This document shows positions 49,875 to 59,051 of a stretch of 64,000 nt of DNA, in pieces. Source of the stretch: Actinoplanes sp. (GTDB lineage: Bacteria > Actinomycetota > Actinomycetes > Mycobacteriales > Micromonosporaceae); the NCBI GenBank assembly GCA_036001925.1, contig DASYTU010000301.1, forward strand, positions 669 to 64,668, in the 5' to 3' direction. The stretch's first letter is position 1. Each line of letters starts with the position of its first letter. The notes beneath the pieces were generated by a model. That model was not told where the DNA came from. It saw nothing but the letters and a program-made list of their open reading frames with translations, and ran no database searches. The translations under genes and the position numbers were made by a program.

Positions 49875-50801
49875 TCAGCCGGCGAGATGCTCGACCGCGC
49901 TCCACGGTTCCTGGGCGGGCATCTTCGCCCCGGCCGGGCAGTGCCGCCGGAAGTCGCACCACCCGCACCGCGAGCCGGGATTGGTCGGGAACTCGGCGTC
50001 CGGATCGGCGCCCGCCGACACCGCCTTTTCCGCCGCCACGATGTCGCGAGCCGTGTCCTCGGCGCGCGCCACCTGCCGGTTCAATGACTCCTCGGTGTGC
50101 TCGTGCGCCGCGACCGTCCCGGTCGGCAGGTGGTGCAGCTCGACCCGATGGCATGGTCTCCGGAAGACTCGCTGCGCGGCGTAGGCATACAGCGCCAGCG
50201 CCTGGGACCCTCGTGCGTCGTCGGAGTCCAGGCCGGACCGGCCAGTTTTGTAGTCGACGATCACGGCCTCCGGGCCGGACGGGCCGGGCCGGGAGTCGAT
50301 GCGGTCGGCGCGGCCGTTGAACGCCAGCACCGCCGTCTTCGTGGCCACCACCCGCTCGACGCCCAGCGGCTCCTCGTACGGATCAAGCGTTGCCACGTAA
50401 CGGTCCAGCCAGCCGAGGGCACGCCGGTAGGTCTCGCGCTCTTGATCCAGGTCGCGATAGCCCTCACGTACCCATGTGGCCTTGAGGAGGGTGGGCAGCA
50501 CGCCGGTGATGCGGCGGGCCGCGGGCAGCGCATACCAGTTCTTCAGCGTGGTGTGCACGCTCGCGCCGAGCGAATTGTGTGCCCACGGCGGGCCCTTGGG
50601 CGGCGTGGGGCGGTCCACGTACGAATACCGGTACCGGCGCGGACAGTCCTCATACGCACCCAGCTTGCTCGGGGTGCAGACGAACAGTCGCTCTGGCATT
50701 CCGGCGAAGCCAAGCTGTGCGAAACCGACTCGCGCGGCACCAACCGGCTCGGAACCAACTTGGTCGGAGCCGACGGGCTCGGCGGGCGAAGCTTTGGGCA
50801 C
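49875..50801 (-). CDS. RecB-family PD-(D/E)XK nuclease with Fe-S Cys staple
   Basis: PSKL...DCPRRY, GRADRID, IVDYKTG, QALALY, CGWCDFRRHC. Confidence 0.88.
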   Translation of the reverse strand: MPKASPAEPVGSDQVGSEPVGAARVGFAQLGFAGMPERLFVCTPSKLGAYEDCPRRYRYSYVDRPTPPKGPPWAHNSLGASVHTTLKNWYALPAARRITGVLPTLLKATWVREGYRDLDQERETYRRALGWLDRYVATLDPYEEPLGVERVVATKTAVLAFNGRADRIDSRPGPSGPEAVIVDYKTGRSGLDSDDARGSQALALYAYAAQRVFRRPCHRVELHHLPTGTVAAHEHTEESLNRQVARAEDTARDIVAAEKAVSAGADPDAEFPTNPGSRCGWCDFRRHCPAGAKMPAQEPWSAVEHLAG

Positions 50802-50856
50802 GTCGTAATCCTGCCAGCACCGTACGACAGAACGCGCCTGCCGGCGGCGCGCACGC

Positions 50857-51471
50857 CTACCCGGTTGTGTACAGGCGCACGAACGCCGCCACCGCGTCGG
50901 CGATGAGCTGTACCGCGATCGCGGCCAGCAGCAGGCCGGCGATCCGGGTCAATACCTCGATCCCACCGGGCCGCAGCAACTTGACGATCACGCCCGAGAA
51001 CCGCAGCACGAGCCAAACCGTGAACATCACGGCGACGATCCCCAGTCCGATGATCACATCGTCCATGACGCCGTCCGCGCGCCGCACGAACAGCATGGTC
51101 GCGACGATCGCACCGGGCCCGGCCAGCAGCGGCGTCCCGAGCGGCACCAGCGCGACGTTGCTGGTGCCCGCCAGTTCCTCGGGTTCGTCGGTCCTGCCGG
51201 TGAGCAGCTGCAACGCGACCAGGACGAGCAGCAGACCGCCGGCGCCCTGCAGCGCCGGCAACTTGACGTGCAGGTACTCGAGCAGCGTCTGCCCGGCGAC
51301 CGCGAACACCACGATCACACCGAGCGCCAAGGCGACCGCCTGGGTGCCAGCCCGTATCCGCTGCTTGGCGGGGAGGGCGCCGGTGAGCGCGAGGAACACC
51401 GGGACCATGCCCGGAGGGTCGACGATCACCAGGAGAGTCACGAAAACCTCGCCGAACAGCTTCAGATTCAC
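50857..51471 (-). CDS. MarC family membrane protein
   Basis: DPPG, VPLGTPLLAGPGAI, TRIAGLLL. Confidence 0.93.
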   Translation of the reverse strand: MNLKLFGEVFVTLLVIVDPPGMVPVFLALTGALPAKQRIRAGTQAVALALGVIVVFAVAGQTLLEYLHVKLPALQGAGGLLLVLVALQLLTGRTDEPEELAGTSNVALVPLGTPLLAGPGAIVATMLFVRRADGVMDDVIIGLGIVAVMFTVWLVLRFSGVIVKLLRPGGIEVLTRIAGLLLAAIAVQLIADAVAAFVRLYTTG

Positions 51472-51486
51472 GAGGTCAACTTAGGC

Positions 51487-52338
51487 TCAGCCCAGCACCG
51501 GCACGCCGCTGGCGGCCGCGACGATCTTTTCGTACGCCTCGGGCGCGGTGAGGAACGCGCCCAGGCGAACGGTCTTGTGCGTACCGTGGAAGTCGGACGA
51601 TCCGGTCACGACCAGGCCGAGCTTCTCCGCGAGCGCGCGGACGTAGGCCCTCTCCGCCGGGGTGTGGTCCTCGTGGTCGGCCTCGAGTCCGAACAGTCCG
51701 GCGCCCGCCAGATCGATGATGAGCTCATCCGGGACGATGCGCCCGCGTGTGGTGGCGCGCGGATGCGCGAAGACCGGCACACCCCCGGCCGCGCGGACTG
51801 CGCGGACCCCCTCGAAGACGTCCAGGTCCGCCTTCGGCACGAAGTAGCGCGCGCCCAGCCAGCGCGACGCGAACGCCTCGTCCGTGGTGTTGACCAGCCC
51901 GGCCCGGATCAACGCCTGGGCGATGTGCGGACGACCGACGGAGCCGCCCTGCGCGTACTCGTGCACCTCGGGCCAGGAGATGTCCACGCCGTCCGCGCGC
52001 AGCAGTTCGACAATCCGCTCGGCGCGGCGCTCGCGGTCGTCGCGGACGCTGGCCAGCTCCGCCGCCAGTCGCGGTTCGGTCGGATCGAAGAGGTACGCCA
52101 GCAGATGCAACGGGATCGACGGCTGCACGTCGTACCAGCGGCAGGAGAGCTCGGCGCCGCGGACCAGGCTCAGTCCCTCGGGCCGCGCCTCGGCAGCGGC
52201 CTGCCACCCGCCCGTGGTGTCGTGGTCGGTAATGGCCATGACGTCGAGACCGGCCTTCGCGCCCGCGGTGACCAGCTCGGCGGGCGTCAGCGTTCCGTCA
52301 CTGGCGGTCGAGTGGCAATGCAGGTCGATTCTGGTCAC
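51487..52338 (-). CDS. PHP domain phosphatase/nuclease (TrpH-like)
   Basis: DLHCHSTASDG, TDHD, GRPH, AHP, GSSDFHG. Confidence 0.92.
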   Translation of the reverse strand: MTRIDLHCHSTASDGTLTPAELVTAGAKAGLDVMAITDHDTTGGWQAAAEARPEGLSLVRGAELSCRWYDVQPSIPLHLLAYLFDPTEPRLAAELASVRDDRERRAERIVELLRADGVDISWPEVHEYAQGGSVGRPHIAQALIRAGLVNTTDEAFASRWLGARYFVPKADLDVFEGVRAVRAAGGVPVFAHPRATTRGRIVPDELIIDLAGAGLFGLEADHEDHTPAERAYVRALAEKLGLVVTGSSDFHGTHKTVRLGAFLTAPEAYEKIVAAASGVPVLG

Positions 52339-52382
52339 CCGACGACGCTACCGGGTTTGCGGCGACCCCCAGCTCGGGCCGG

Positions 52383-53213
52383 TCAGGCGTCGTCGCCGGT
52401 GTCGGCGTCTTTGCCGAGCCGCGCCTCGACGGCCTGCGGCTCGTACATCTCCTCGACCACCCGCAGGTACAGCTCGTTGGGGTTGGGCAGGTGATTGACC
52501 TCGCGCAAGGCCTGATCCTGACCCGCCGACTCGAGCACGAACGTGCCGTAGTTGAGCATGCGGCCCAGCGCGGACTGTTCGTACTTCATGTCGGTGACAC
52601 GCAGTAACGGCATCATGGCCACCTTCCTGGTGATGATGCCGTTGACGACCATGACCCGCTTGTTGGTGAGGATGAAGCGGTCGAAATACCAGTCGAAGAC
52701 CCGCCACGCGACCCAGCTGATGACGGCCAGCCAGACCAGCACTGCGGCGGTCACCAGGCCGTCAATGTTCTGCCTGGTCAGGAAGCCGGCGAGATAGCCG
52801 AGCAGCAGCGTGGCGCCGGCGCCGATGCCGACCGGGCCGGACAAGTGGATCCAGTGCCGCTTCCACTCTCCGCGGTAGCGTTCGGTGGGGAAGAGGTAGC
52901 GCGCGACCAGTGTGGTGGGTTCATCCTCGAGCGGCAGCACGCGACGCGGGCCGCCGCTGCCGTCCAGCCCGGAGAGTTCCTCCTCGGTGAAGACCGGGGC
53001 TTCGTACTCCTCGGCGTAGTCGTCGGTGCCGAAGCCCGCGCTCGGCGAATAACCCGCGTCGGGGTTGTAACCGGGACCCTCCGAGTAGGCCGCGTCGCGC
53101 GAGTACCCCGGGCCTTCGTCGAAGGCCGGGTCGTTGTATCCGAAAGTCTCGTCGTCGTCCGGAGGGCGGCGCGCGCCCTCGCCTCCTGGTTGCCGCGGCT
53201 CGTCAGGCCCCAT
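52383..53213 (-). CDS. Bacterial PH-domain membrane protein
   Basis: Acidic N-terminus, two TMs, LTNKRV...GRMLNYGTF.LESAG. Confidence 0.85.
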   Translation of the reverse strand: MGPDEPRQPGGEGARRPPDDDETFGYNDPAFDEGPGYSRDAAYSEGPGYNPDAGYSPSAGFGTDDYAEEYEAPVFTEEELSGLDGSGGPRRVLPLEDEPTTLVARYLFPTERYRGEWKRHWIHLSGPVGIGAGATLLLGYLAGFLTRQNIDGLVTAAVLVWLAVISWVAWRVFDWYFDRFILTNKRVMVVNGIITRKVAMMPLLRVTDMKYEQSALGRMLNYGTFVLESAGQDQALREVNHLPNPNELYLRVVEEMYEPQAVEARLGKDADTGDDA

Positions 53214-53222
53214 CAGGTGATG

Positions 53223-53381
53223 CTAAGCGACGAGGTTGGTGAAGAACGTGCCGAAGCCCCGGGCAATGTCGCCGATGGTGGAGCCAAGTGACGTGAAGAC
53301 CGCGGCGGCCGAGTTCGGGTTGAAGGCGATGAAGAAGATCAAGAATGCAATGCCAAGCCAGGTGAGGACCTTCTTCATCAT
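53223..53381 (-). CDS. Small membrane protein (52 aa)
   Basis: Below the ORF-track cutoff; GGAGGAAA RBS; MMKKVLTWLGIAFLIFFIAFNPNSAAAVFTSLGSTIGDIARGFGTFFTNLVA. Confidence 0.8.
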   Translation of the reverse strand: MMKKVLTWLGIAFLIFFIAFNPNSAAAVFTSLGSTIGDIARGFGTFFTNLVA

Positions 53382-53509
53382 GGCGGGCCTTTTCCTCCGG
53401 TGCGGTTGACGGTCAGCGCCGCGGCAGTACCGACGGTATCAGCTTCGTCGCTCGGTGTGAACAATGTACCCGAAAAGCCGATACCGTTCCCGCAGTTCAG
53501 GCCTGCTGA

Positions 53510-54184
53510 TCAGGCCCGGCCGTGCAGGTAGGGCGACGGCGCTCCGTACACCAGCTCGGGCGGCACCCCGTCCGACAGGTCGTACAGCACGACATGTTCA
53601 GCCAGAAAATAGCCCGCGCTTGCCGGCCAGGCTACCGCATACAACCAGTTTCCTTTCGCCTCGGACACGTAGGCGCTTCGATCTTCCGGGGACTTGACGC
53701 ACCACAGTGGAGTCGGGTGGCCGCCTGCCTTGATCTTGGCGTGCGGACCCTGGTGCCGGCCCGGCCCGGACAATGCGTCGGCGATGAGGTAGCCGGGGTC
53801 GATCCCCGGGATGCCGGCAAATCGGGTGCCTAGGCCGACGCCCGGTTGCTCGGCGATGAGAACGAGGTCGGCGGGTCCACCGCCGAGCGGCTCGGGGCCG
53901 CTGCACGCCAGCGCGGTCGCCCGTACGCCCGTGCGGTCGTCGCCGGCCCAGCCGACCCCGGTGACCGTCCAACCGGGTGCCAGCGGCCACGGGCACCAGA
54001 GCGGCATCCGTTCGGTCTTCGGCGACCGCTGCCGCAGCACCATCTCGACGATCTCGGGGCCGATGTGCTTCGCGGCGTGGAACGGCGGGACGTCGCCACA
54101 GTTGTCGCAACGCCACGCGCTGTGCATCAGATCCGGCGGCCGCACCTGGGCACCGCAACGGGGGCAACTCACTGTGACGCCCAC
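53510..54184 (-). CDS. Conserved actinobacterial protein with N-terminal Zn ribbon (DUF6758-like)
   Basis: CPRC...WRCDNCG; PLWCPWPL..GW. Confidence 0.78.
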   Translation of the reverse strand: MGVTVSCPRCGAQVRPPDLMHSAWRCDNCGDVPPFHAAKHIGPEIVEMVLRQRSPKTERMPLWCPWPLAPGWTVTGVGWAGDDRTGVRATALACSGPEPLGGGPADLVLIAEQPGVGLGTRFAGIPGIDPGYLIADALSGPGRHQGPHAKIKAGGHPTPLWCVKSPEDRSAYVSEAKGNWLYAVAWPASAGYFLAEHVVLYDLSDGVPPELVYGAPSPYLHGRA

Positions 54185-54277
54185 GGTTCTACGGTGGAGG
54201 TCGTTCGGGCCGCCGTCAAGCGAATCGGCAGAACCCGGTATCAGCCTGCGGATTCACCCATCTGGCCGATGTAATGA

Positions 54278-54895
54278 TCACTCAGGTGGGGGTCCCGCGT
54301 ACGCGCGGATCCAAGCATGCATGGCGATGCCGCTGGCTACCCCAGCGTTGATCGACCGGGTCGAGCCGTACTGGGCGATCGAGAACAGCTCCGTGCAGGC
54401 CGCACGGGCCGCGCCGGACAGGCCCGGGCCCTCCTGGCCGAACAGCAACACGCAGCGCCGGGGCAGGGTGACGGTCTCGACGGGACGCGAACCCGGCAGG
54501 TTGTCGATCCCGATCACCGGCAGCCGCTCGCCCGCGGCCCACACCCCGAACTCCTCGATCGTGGGGTGATGCCTGATGTGCTGGTAGCGATCGGTGACCA
54601 TGGCCCCGCGCCGATTCCACCGGCGGCTGCCGACGATGTGCACCTCGGCCGCGAGGAACGCGTTGGCGTTACGCACCACGGTGCCGATATTGAAGTCATG
54701 CTGCCAATTCTCGATCGCCACGTGGAAACCGTGCCGGCGTTTGTCGAGGTCGGCCACGACGGCCTCGCGGCGCCAGTACCGGTAGCGATCGACGACATTG
54801 CGGCGGTCGCCATGGGCCAGAAGCTCGGGGTCGTAGTGCTCGTCGGTCGGCCATTCGCCCACCCACGGTCCGACACCGATCACTGCTTCATCCAT
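54278..54895 (-). CDS. TrmH/SpoU family RNA methyltransferase
   Basis: NIGTVVR, FGQEGPGL, SINAGVA. Confidence 0.92.
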   Translation of the reverse strand: MDEAVIGVGPWVGEWPTDEHYDPELLAHGDRRNVVDRYRYWRREAVVADLDKRRHGFHVAIENWQHDFNIGTVVRNANAFLAAEVHIVGSRRWNRRGAMVTDRYQHIRHHPTIEEFGVWAAGERLPVIGIDNLPGSRPVETVTLPRRCVLLFGQEGPGLSGAARAACTELFSIAQYGSTRSINAGVASGIAMHAWIRAYAGPPPE

Positions 54896-55022
54896 GGGCG
54901 ATTACGATAAGCCGCCTGAACCCGGACGCAATGAGCGGCGGGGCCCTCCCCGGCACCCGCCGCCCACGCTCTGTTGGGAAGAGTCTGCCTCACCCTCCGT
55001 ATCGATGTGAAGAGAACTCATC

Positions 55023-55038
55023 TGTGACCCAGCTCACA
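55023..55038. promoter_or_regulatory. CRP/GlxR-type site
   Basis: TGTGA-CCCAGC-TCACA, perfect TGTGA-N6-TCACA. Confidence 0.65.
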
Positions 55039-55163
55039 TTTAGGTTTGTTACCTATTCGATTCGGTGCTTATGCAACGCGTGACGACGTGCGAGGCCGCC
55101 CGCGCGACCGTCCATGTATGCCCGGTGACCCGCAAAACGGACGTGACAACGTCCGTAACAACT

Positions 55164-55175
55164 GAGAGCGCTCTC
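55164..55175. promoter_or_regulatory. LacI-type palindromic operator candidate
   Basis: GAGAGCGCTCTC, perfect palindrome with central CG. Confidence 0.45.
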
Positions 55176-55318
55176 CCTACGGTGGGTTACGATGCCGCGG
55201 CAACGTCCTCTTCCCGAGGGTGCCGCAGGCCACGTGTCGTCCCCGTGGCCTGCGGGAATTGGCGGAGGGGACGATGGGTTTCAACCCACGTAAGTCAATT
55301 CCCGTGGACGGAGAGATC

Positions 55319-55681
55319 ATGGCGACCGTTGCGCTGACCGCAGCGAATTTCGATGAGGTGACTGGCAAGGACGGAATCGTCCTGGTGGACTTCTGGGCCA
55401 GCTGGTGCGGACCCTGTGTTCGCTTCGCTCCCACCTACGCGCGTTCCTCGGAAAAGCACACCGACATCACCTTCGGCAAGGTCGACACCGAGGCCGAGCA
55501 CGAGCTCGCCGCGAAGTTCGACATCCGCTCGATCCCCACGATCATGGCAGTGCGCGACGGCGTCATCGTCTTCTCGCAGCCCGGCGCCCTCCCCGAGTCG
55601 GCGCTTGAGTCCCTGATCGAGCAGGTCGAGAAGCTGGACATGGACGACGTGCGCAAGCAGCTCGCGGCACACAACCACTGA
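55319..55681 (+). CDS. trxA: Thioredoxin
   Basis: VDFWASWCGPC, IRSIPT; alternative in-frame ATG at 55274. Confidence 0.93.
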   Translation: MATVALTAANFDEVTGKDGIVLVDFWASWCGPCVRFAPTYARSSEKHTDITFGKVDTEAEHELAAKFDIRSIPTIMAVRDGVIVFSQPGALPESALESLIEQVEKLDMDDVRKQLAAHNH

Positions 55682-55695
55682 GCTGACGGCACGAG

Positions 55696-55730
55696 CAGGC
55701 CGCGGACCCTTCCGGTCCGCGGCCTGATTT
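55696..55730 (+). terminator. Intrinsic terminator after thioredoxin
   Basis: CAGGCCGCGGACC-CTTCC-GGTCCGCGGCCTG then ATTT. Confidence 0.75.
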
Positions 55731-55806
55731 CGGTACGGGTGAGCCGGTCCGGCCTTCCGCCATCGGGCCGGCGCCGCATCGGGCCGCGAGACGGCTGGAC
55801 ATGCGC

Positions 55807-55822
55807 TCGTACATGTGTTCGA
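55807..55822. promoter_or_regulatory. LexA (SOS) box
   Basis: TCGTAC-ATGT-GTTCGA, one mismatch to actinobacterial TCGAAC-N4-GTTCGA, 9 bp before the ATG. Confidence 0.75.
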
Positions 55823-55831
55823 ATCATCCGC

Positions 55832-57814
55832 ATGCGATGGTCCAACCTGTCGGCTCTTCCCGACGACGACTCGCTCCCAGGCAGGGCAGCGCCGGCGGGC
55901 CCACCCCTACCGCTGGCGCTGCCCGGGGCGACCGTCCGCACGTTCGACACGCCTGGGTTCTCGAGCATGACGTTCTACGAGATCCGGGCGAAATCAATCA
56001 TCAATCGTGTTCCAGCCGCCTCCCGGGTCCCGTTCGAGTGGACGATCAATCCCTATCGCGGCTGTTCCCACGCGTGTACGTATTGCCTGGCCGGCGACAC
56101 TCCGATCTTGATGGCCGACGGCACGACGCGGCCTCTCGCACAGCTCCGGGTGGGCGACGCGGTGATGGGCACGATGGGCGCCGGCCCTCACCGGCGGTAC
56201 GTACCAACCACCGTCCTCGACCACTGGTCCACGTCGAAGACCGCGTTTCGCGTCACGCTGGCGGACGGCACCCGGCTCGTGTCCAGCGGCGACCATCGCT
56301 TCCTGACGGCGCGCGGATGGCGCCACGTCAGGCCCACCGAGCCATGGCAGCCGGCGCTCGAGATCGGCGACCGGATGTACGGCGTCGGCCACTTCGCCGA
56401 GGCGCCCAAGGAGTCCCCCGACTACCAGTCCGGCTTCCTCTGTGGCCTGATCCGCGGCGACGCCGGGCTGCCGGCGGGCTACCCGCGCGAGGGCGATGCC
56501 TGGATCCGGGCCGACGCCTACCTCCAGGACGTCCCGCTGCACGAGGCGCTGCGCTGGCCCGAGCTGCCCACCGGCAGCTGGTTCCGCGGTTTCCTGGCGG
56601 GCGCGTTCGGGGCGACCGGCAGCGCCGACCGGCTGGGCATCGTGTTCACCAGCGGCGACCGGGCCTACCTGAGCCGGGTCACCGACGCGCTCACGCACCT
56701 CGGGCTGCCGAGCCGACGGCCGGCCAAGCCGCGCCCGGGCGCCTCGCACTCGGTGGAGGTCGCCCGCGATCTGTGGGCGGCCCTGCGGTTCCGGCACCTC
56801 ACCGGCGTCACCGGCGCCCGGCTCGACGCATCGGGGATCGGGGTCCGTAGCGATGCGCAACTCGAGGTCGTCGACGTCGAGGCGCTCGAGCTCACCCTTC
56901 CGCTCTTCGACATCTCCACGGGCACCGGCGACTTCATCGCCGATGGGGTGGTGAGCCACAACTGCTTCGCCCGCAACACCCACACGTACCTGGACCTCGA
57001 CGCGGGTCACGACTTCGACACCAAGGTCGTGGTGAAGGTCAACGCGGGCGACCTCGTGCGCCGCGAGCTGGCCGCGCCCAAATGGACCGGCGCCCACATC
57101 GCGATGGGCACCAACGTGGACGTCTACCAGCGCGCGGAGGGTCGCTACCGGCTGATGCCCCAGATCCTGGCGGCACTGCGGGACTTCGCCAATCCGTTCT
57201 CGATCCTGACCAAGGGCACGCTGATCCTGCGCGATCTCGAGCTGCTCACGCAGGCGGCCGCGGTCACCAGGGTCGGCCTGTCCATGTCCGTCGGCTTCGT
57301 CGACGAGGCGATGTGGCGGTCCGTCGAGTCCGGCACACCCAGTCCGCGCCGCCGCCTCGACGCCGTACGCAAACTCACCGATGCGGGCTTCGCGGTCGGA
57401 GTGCTGATGGCACCGATCCTTCCCGGCCTCACCGATACGGATGAGTCCATCGAGGAGACGGTCGCGGCCATCGCCGCCGCGGGCGCGTCGAGCGTGACGC
57501 CGCTGGCGCTGCACCTGCGCCCCGGCGCCCGGGAGTGGTACGCGGCCTGGCTGAGCCGCGAACACCCGGGGCTGGCGCCGCGCTATCGGGAGCTGTTCCG
57601 CGGCGGCTCGTATCTCCCGCAGGCCTACCAGCACGAAGTCGGCGCCCGCGTCAAGATGGCCGCCCGCCGTTACGGGCTCTACCGTGCCGCCCCGGGCGAC
57701 GCGCGAGCGGTCCGCGACGGTGCGTCGGACTTGACCGAGCCCAACGGCACGGACGCCGGCCCGGAGCGCTCGGCGGCGCGCAACGCCGAGCCCGAGCAGC
57801 TCACGCTCCTGTGA
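55832..57814 (+). CDS. Rv2578c/SplB-like radical SAM protein, intein-containing
   Basis: WTINPYRGCSHACTY|intein|CFARNTH; GTNVDVYQ, SILTK, APILP; C-terminal QLTLL. Confidence 0.92.
   Translation: MRWSNLSALPDDDSLPGRAAPAGPPLPLALPGATVRTFDTPGFSSMTFYEIRAKSIINRVPAASRVPFEWTINPYRGCSHACTYCLAGDTPILMADGTTRPLAQLRVGDAVMGTMGAGPHRRYVPTTVLDHWSTSKTAFRVTLADGTRLVSSGDHRFLTARGWRHVRPTEPWQPALEIGDRMYGVGHFAEAPKESPDYQSGFLCGLIRGDAGLPAGYPREGDAWIRADAYLQDVPLHEALRWPELPTGSWFRGFLAGAFGATGSADRLGIVFTSGDRAYLSRVTDALTHLGLPSRRPAKPRPGASHSVEVARDLWAALRFRHLTGVTGARLDASGIGVRSDAQLEVVDVEALELTLPLFDISTGTGDFIADGVVSHNCFARNTHTYLDLDAGHDFDTKVVVKVNAGDLVRRELAAPKWTGAHIAMGTNVDVYQRAEGRYRLMPQILAALRDFANPFSILTKGTLILRDLELLTQAAAVTRVGLSMSVGFVDEAMWRSVESGTPSPRRRLDAVRKLTDAGFAVGVLMAPILPGLTDTDESIEETVAAIAAAGASSVTPLALHLRPGAREWYAAWLSREHPGLAPRYRELFRGGSYLPQAYQHEVGARVKMAARRYGLYRAAPGDARAVRDGASDLTEPNGTDAGPERSAARNAEPEQLTLL
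56084..56962 (+). mobile_element. Intein (293 aa) with degenerate LAGLIDADG endonuclease
   Basis: Block A CLAGDTPILMADG, block B SGDHRF, LAGLIDADG-like GFLCGLIRGDAG and GFLAGAFGATG, terminal FIADGVVSHN/C. Confidence 0.93.
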
Positions 57815-57933
57815 CCCGGCCGGCCCGACCCGGCCGGCCCGGCGGCCGTGGGCGGCCGCCGGGCCGGTCGTCAGCGGTGTGGGTGTGACCAGGTCGACTG
57901 GTCATGGACGGAGGCGTGGCTACAGTCAGACGT

Positions 57934-58341
57934 ATGCGGAGTGCTCAGCAGATCCTCGCCGAGGCCAGCGTCATCGCGGTCGTCGGGGCGTCGCGCGACC
58001 CGTTGAAGCCGGCGCACTCGGTGCCGTTGCAGATGCTCGGGCACGGTTGGCGCATCATCCCGGTCAATCCGTTCGTGGACGAGGTCTTCGGCGTGCGGAC
58101 GGTCAAGACACTTGCCGACATCGACGAGCCGGTCGACCTGGTGGACATCTTCCGGCCGGCCGCCGACGCGGTCGAGATCGTGCGCCAGGCGGTGGCCATC
58201 AAGGCGCCGGCGGTGTGGCTGCAGAGCGGCATCGTGTCGGCGGAGGCGCGCAAGATTGCGACGGACGCCGGCATGGACTACGTCGAGGACCGCTGCCTCG
58301 CGGTCGAACGCGCTATGGGACGCCTCACGCGCCGTACCTGA
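57934..58341 (+). CDS. CoA-binding protein (YccU-like)
   Basis: IAVVGAS, IPVNP, VDIFR, VWLQSGI, DRC. Confidence 0.92.
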   Translation: MRSAQQILAEASVIAVVGASRDPLKPAHSVPLQMLGHGWRIIPVNPFVDEVFGVRTVKTLADIDEPVDLVDIFRPAADAVEIVRQAVAIKAPAVWLQSGIVSAEARKIATDAGMDYVEDRCLAVERAMGRLTRRT

Positions 58342-58497
58342 CCCGCTCGCCCGGGGCTGGTCCCCTGCCGCCGCACGCGGGCCCGCCAATCGACCCTCGC
58401 GCTGGCTCCAGACTCGCGCTACCTGCGGACATGGGCTCTCGGGCACCTCTGCATTCCCCGCGACCCGGTACCGTGCCGGGGAACGAGGAGGACCGAC

Positions 58498-59004
58498 ATG
58501 ACATACCCGCCTTCCGGCGGCACGCCGGATCCATATCAGCCCCAGCAGCCGTACGGGCAGAACTATGACCCCAACGCGCCCTATACGCAGGACCCCTACG
58601 CCGCTCCGCCGGGCGGGGCGCCGTCCAGCGGCCAACCCGGGGCCTACGGCTCGCCATCCCCGTACCAGTCGAGTGGGCAGCCGTATCAACAGCCGTACGG
58701 TCAGAATCCGTACGGCGGGCCGCCGTACGCCGCCTACGGGCCTCAGCCGCGCACGAACAGCCTCGCCATCGCGTCCCTGGTCCTATCGCTCGCCGGTCTC
58801 ATCACCTGCATCAGCGCACCTGTCGGCATCGTGCTCGGGCACATCGCCAAGCGGCAGATCCGCCAGACCGGAGAGGACGGGGATGGTCTGGCCACGGCCG
58901 GTCTCTGGATCGGCTACATCCTCACGGTGCTCGGCATCCTGTTGTTCGCCGCCTGGCTGGCGATCGTCATCTTCGCGATCGGCTCGGGCACCACGACCAC
59001 CTAG
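58498..59004 (+). CDS. DUF4190 membrane protein
   Basis: P/Y/Q-rich N-terminus, NSLAIASL, LGHIA.RQI...G.GLA.AG. Confidence 0.88.
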   Translation: MTYPPSGGTPDPYQPQQPYGQNYDPNAPYTQDPYAAPPGGAPSSGQPGAYGSPSPYQSSGQPYQQPYGQNPYGGPPYAAYGPQPRTNSLAIASLVLSLAGLITCISAPVGIVLGHIAKRQIRQTGEDGDGLATAGLWIGYILTVLGILLFAAWLAIVIFAIGSGTTTT

Positions 59005-59051
59005 CCACGCGCTCTTGGTCGACCGGGCCGAGCCCGGTCGACCCCGCGACG

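Noticed and set aside
49768-50801. CRISPR array with cas4
   Set aside because: Only two abutting repeats, no spacers and no other cas genes in the window.
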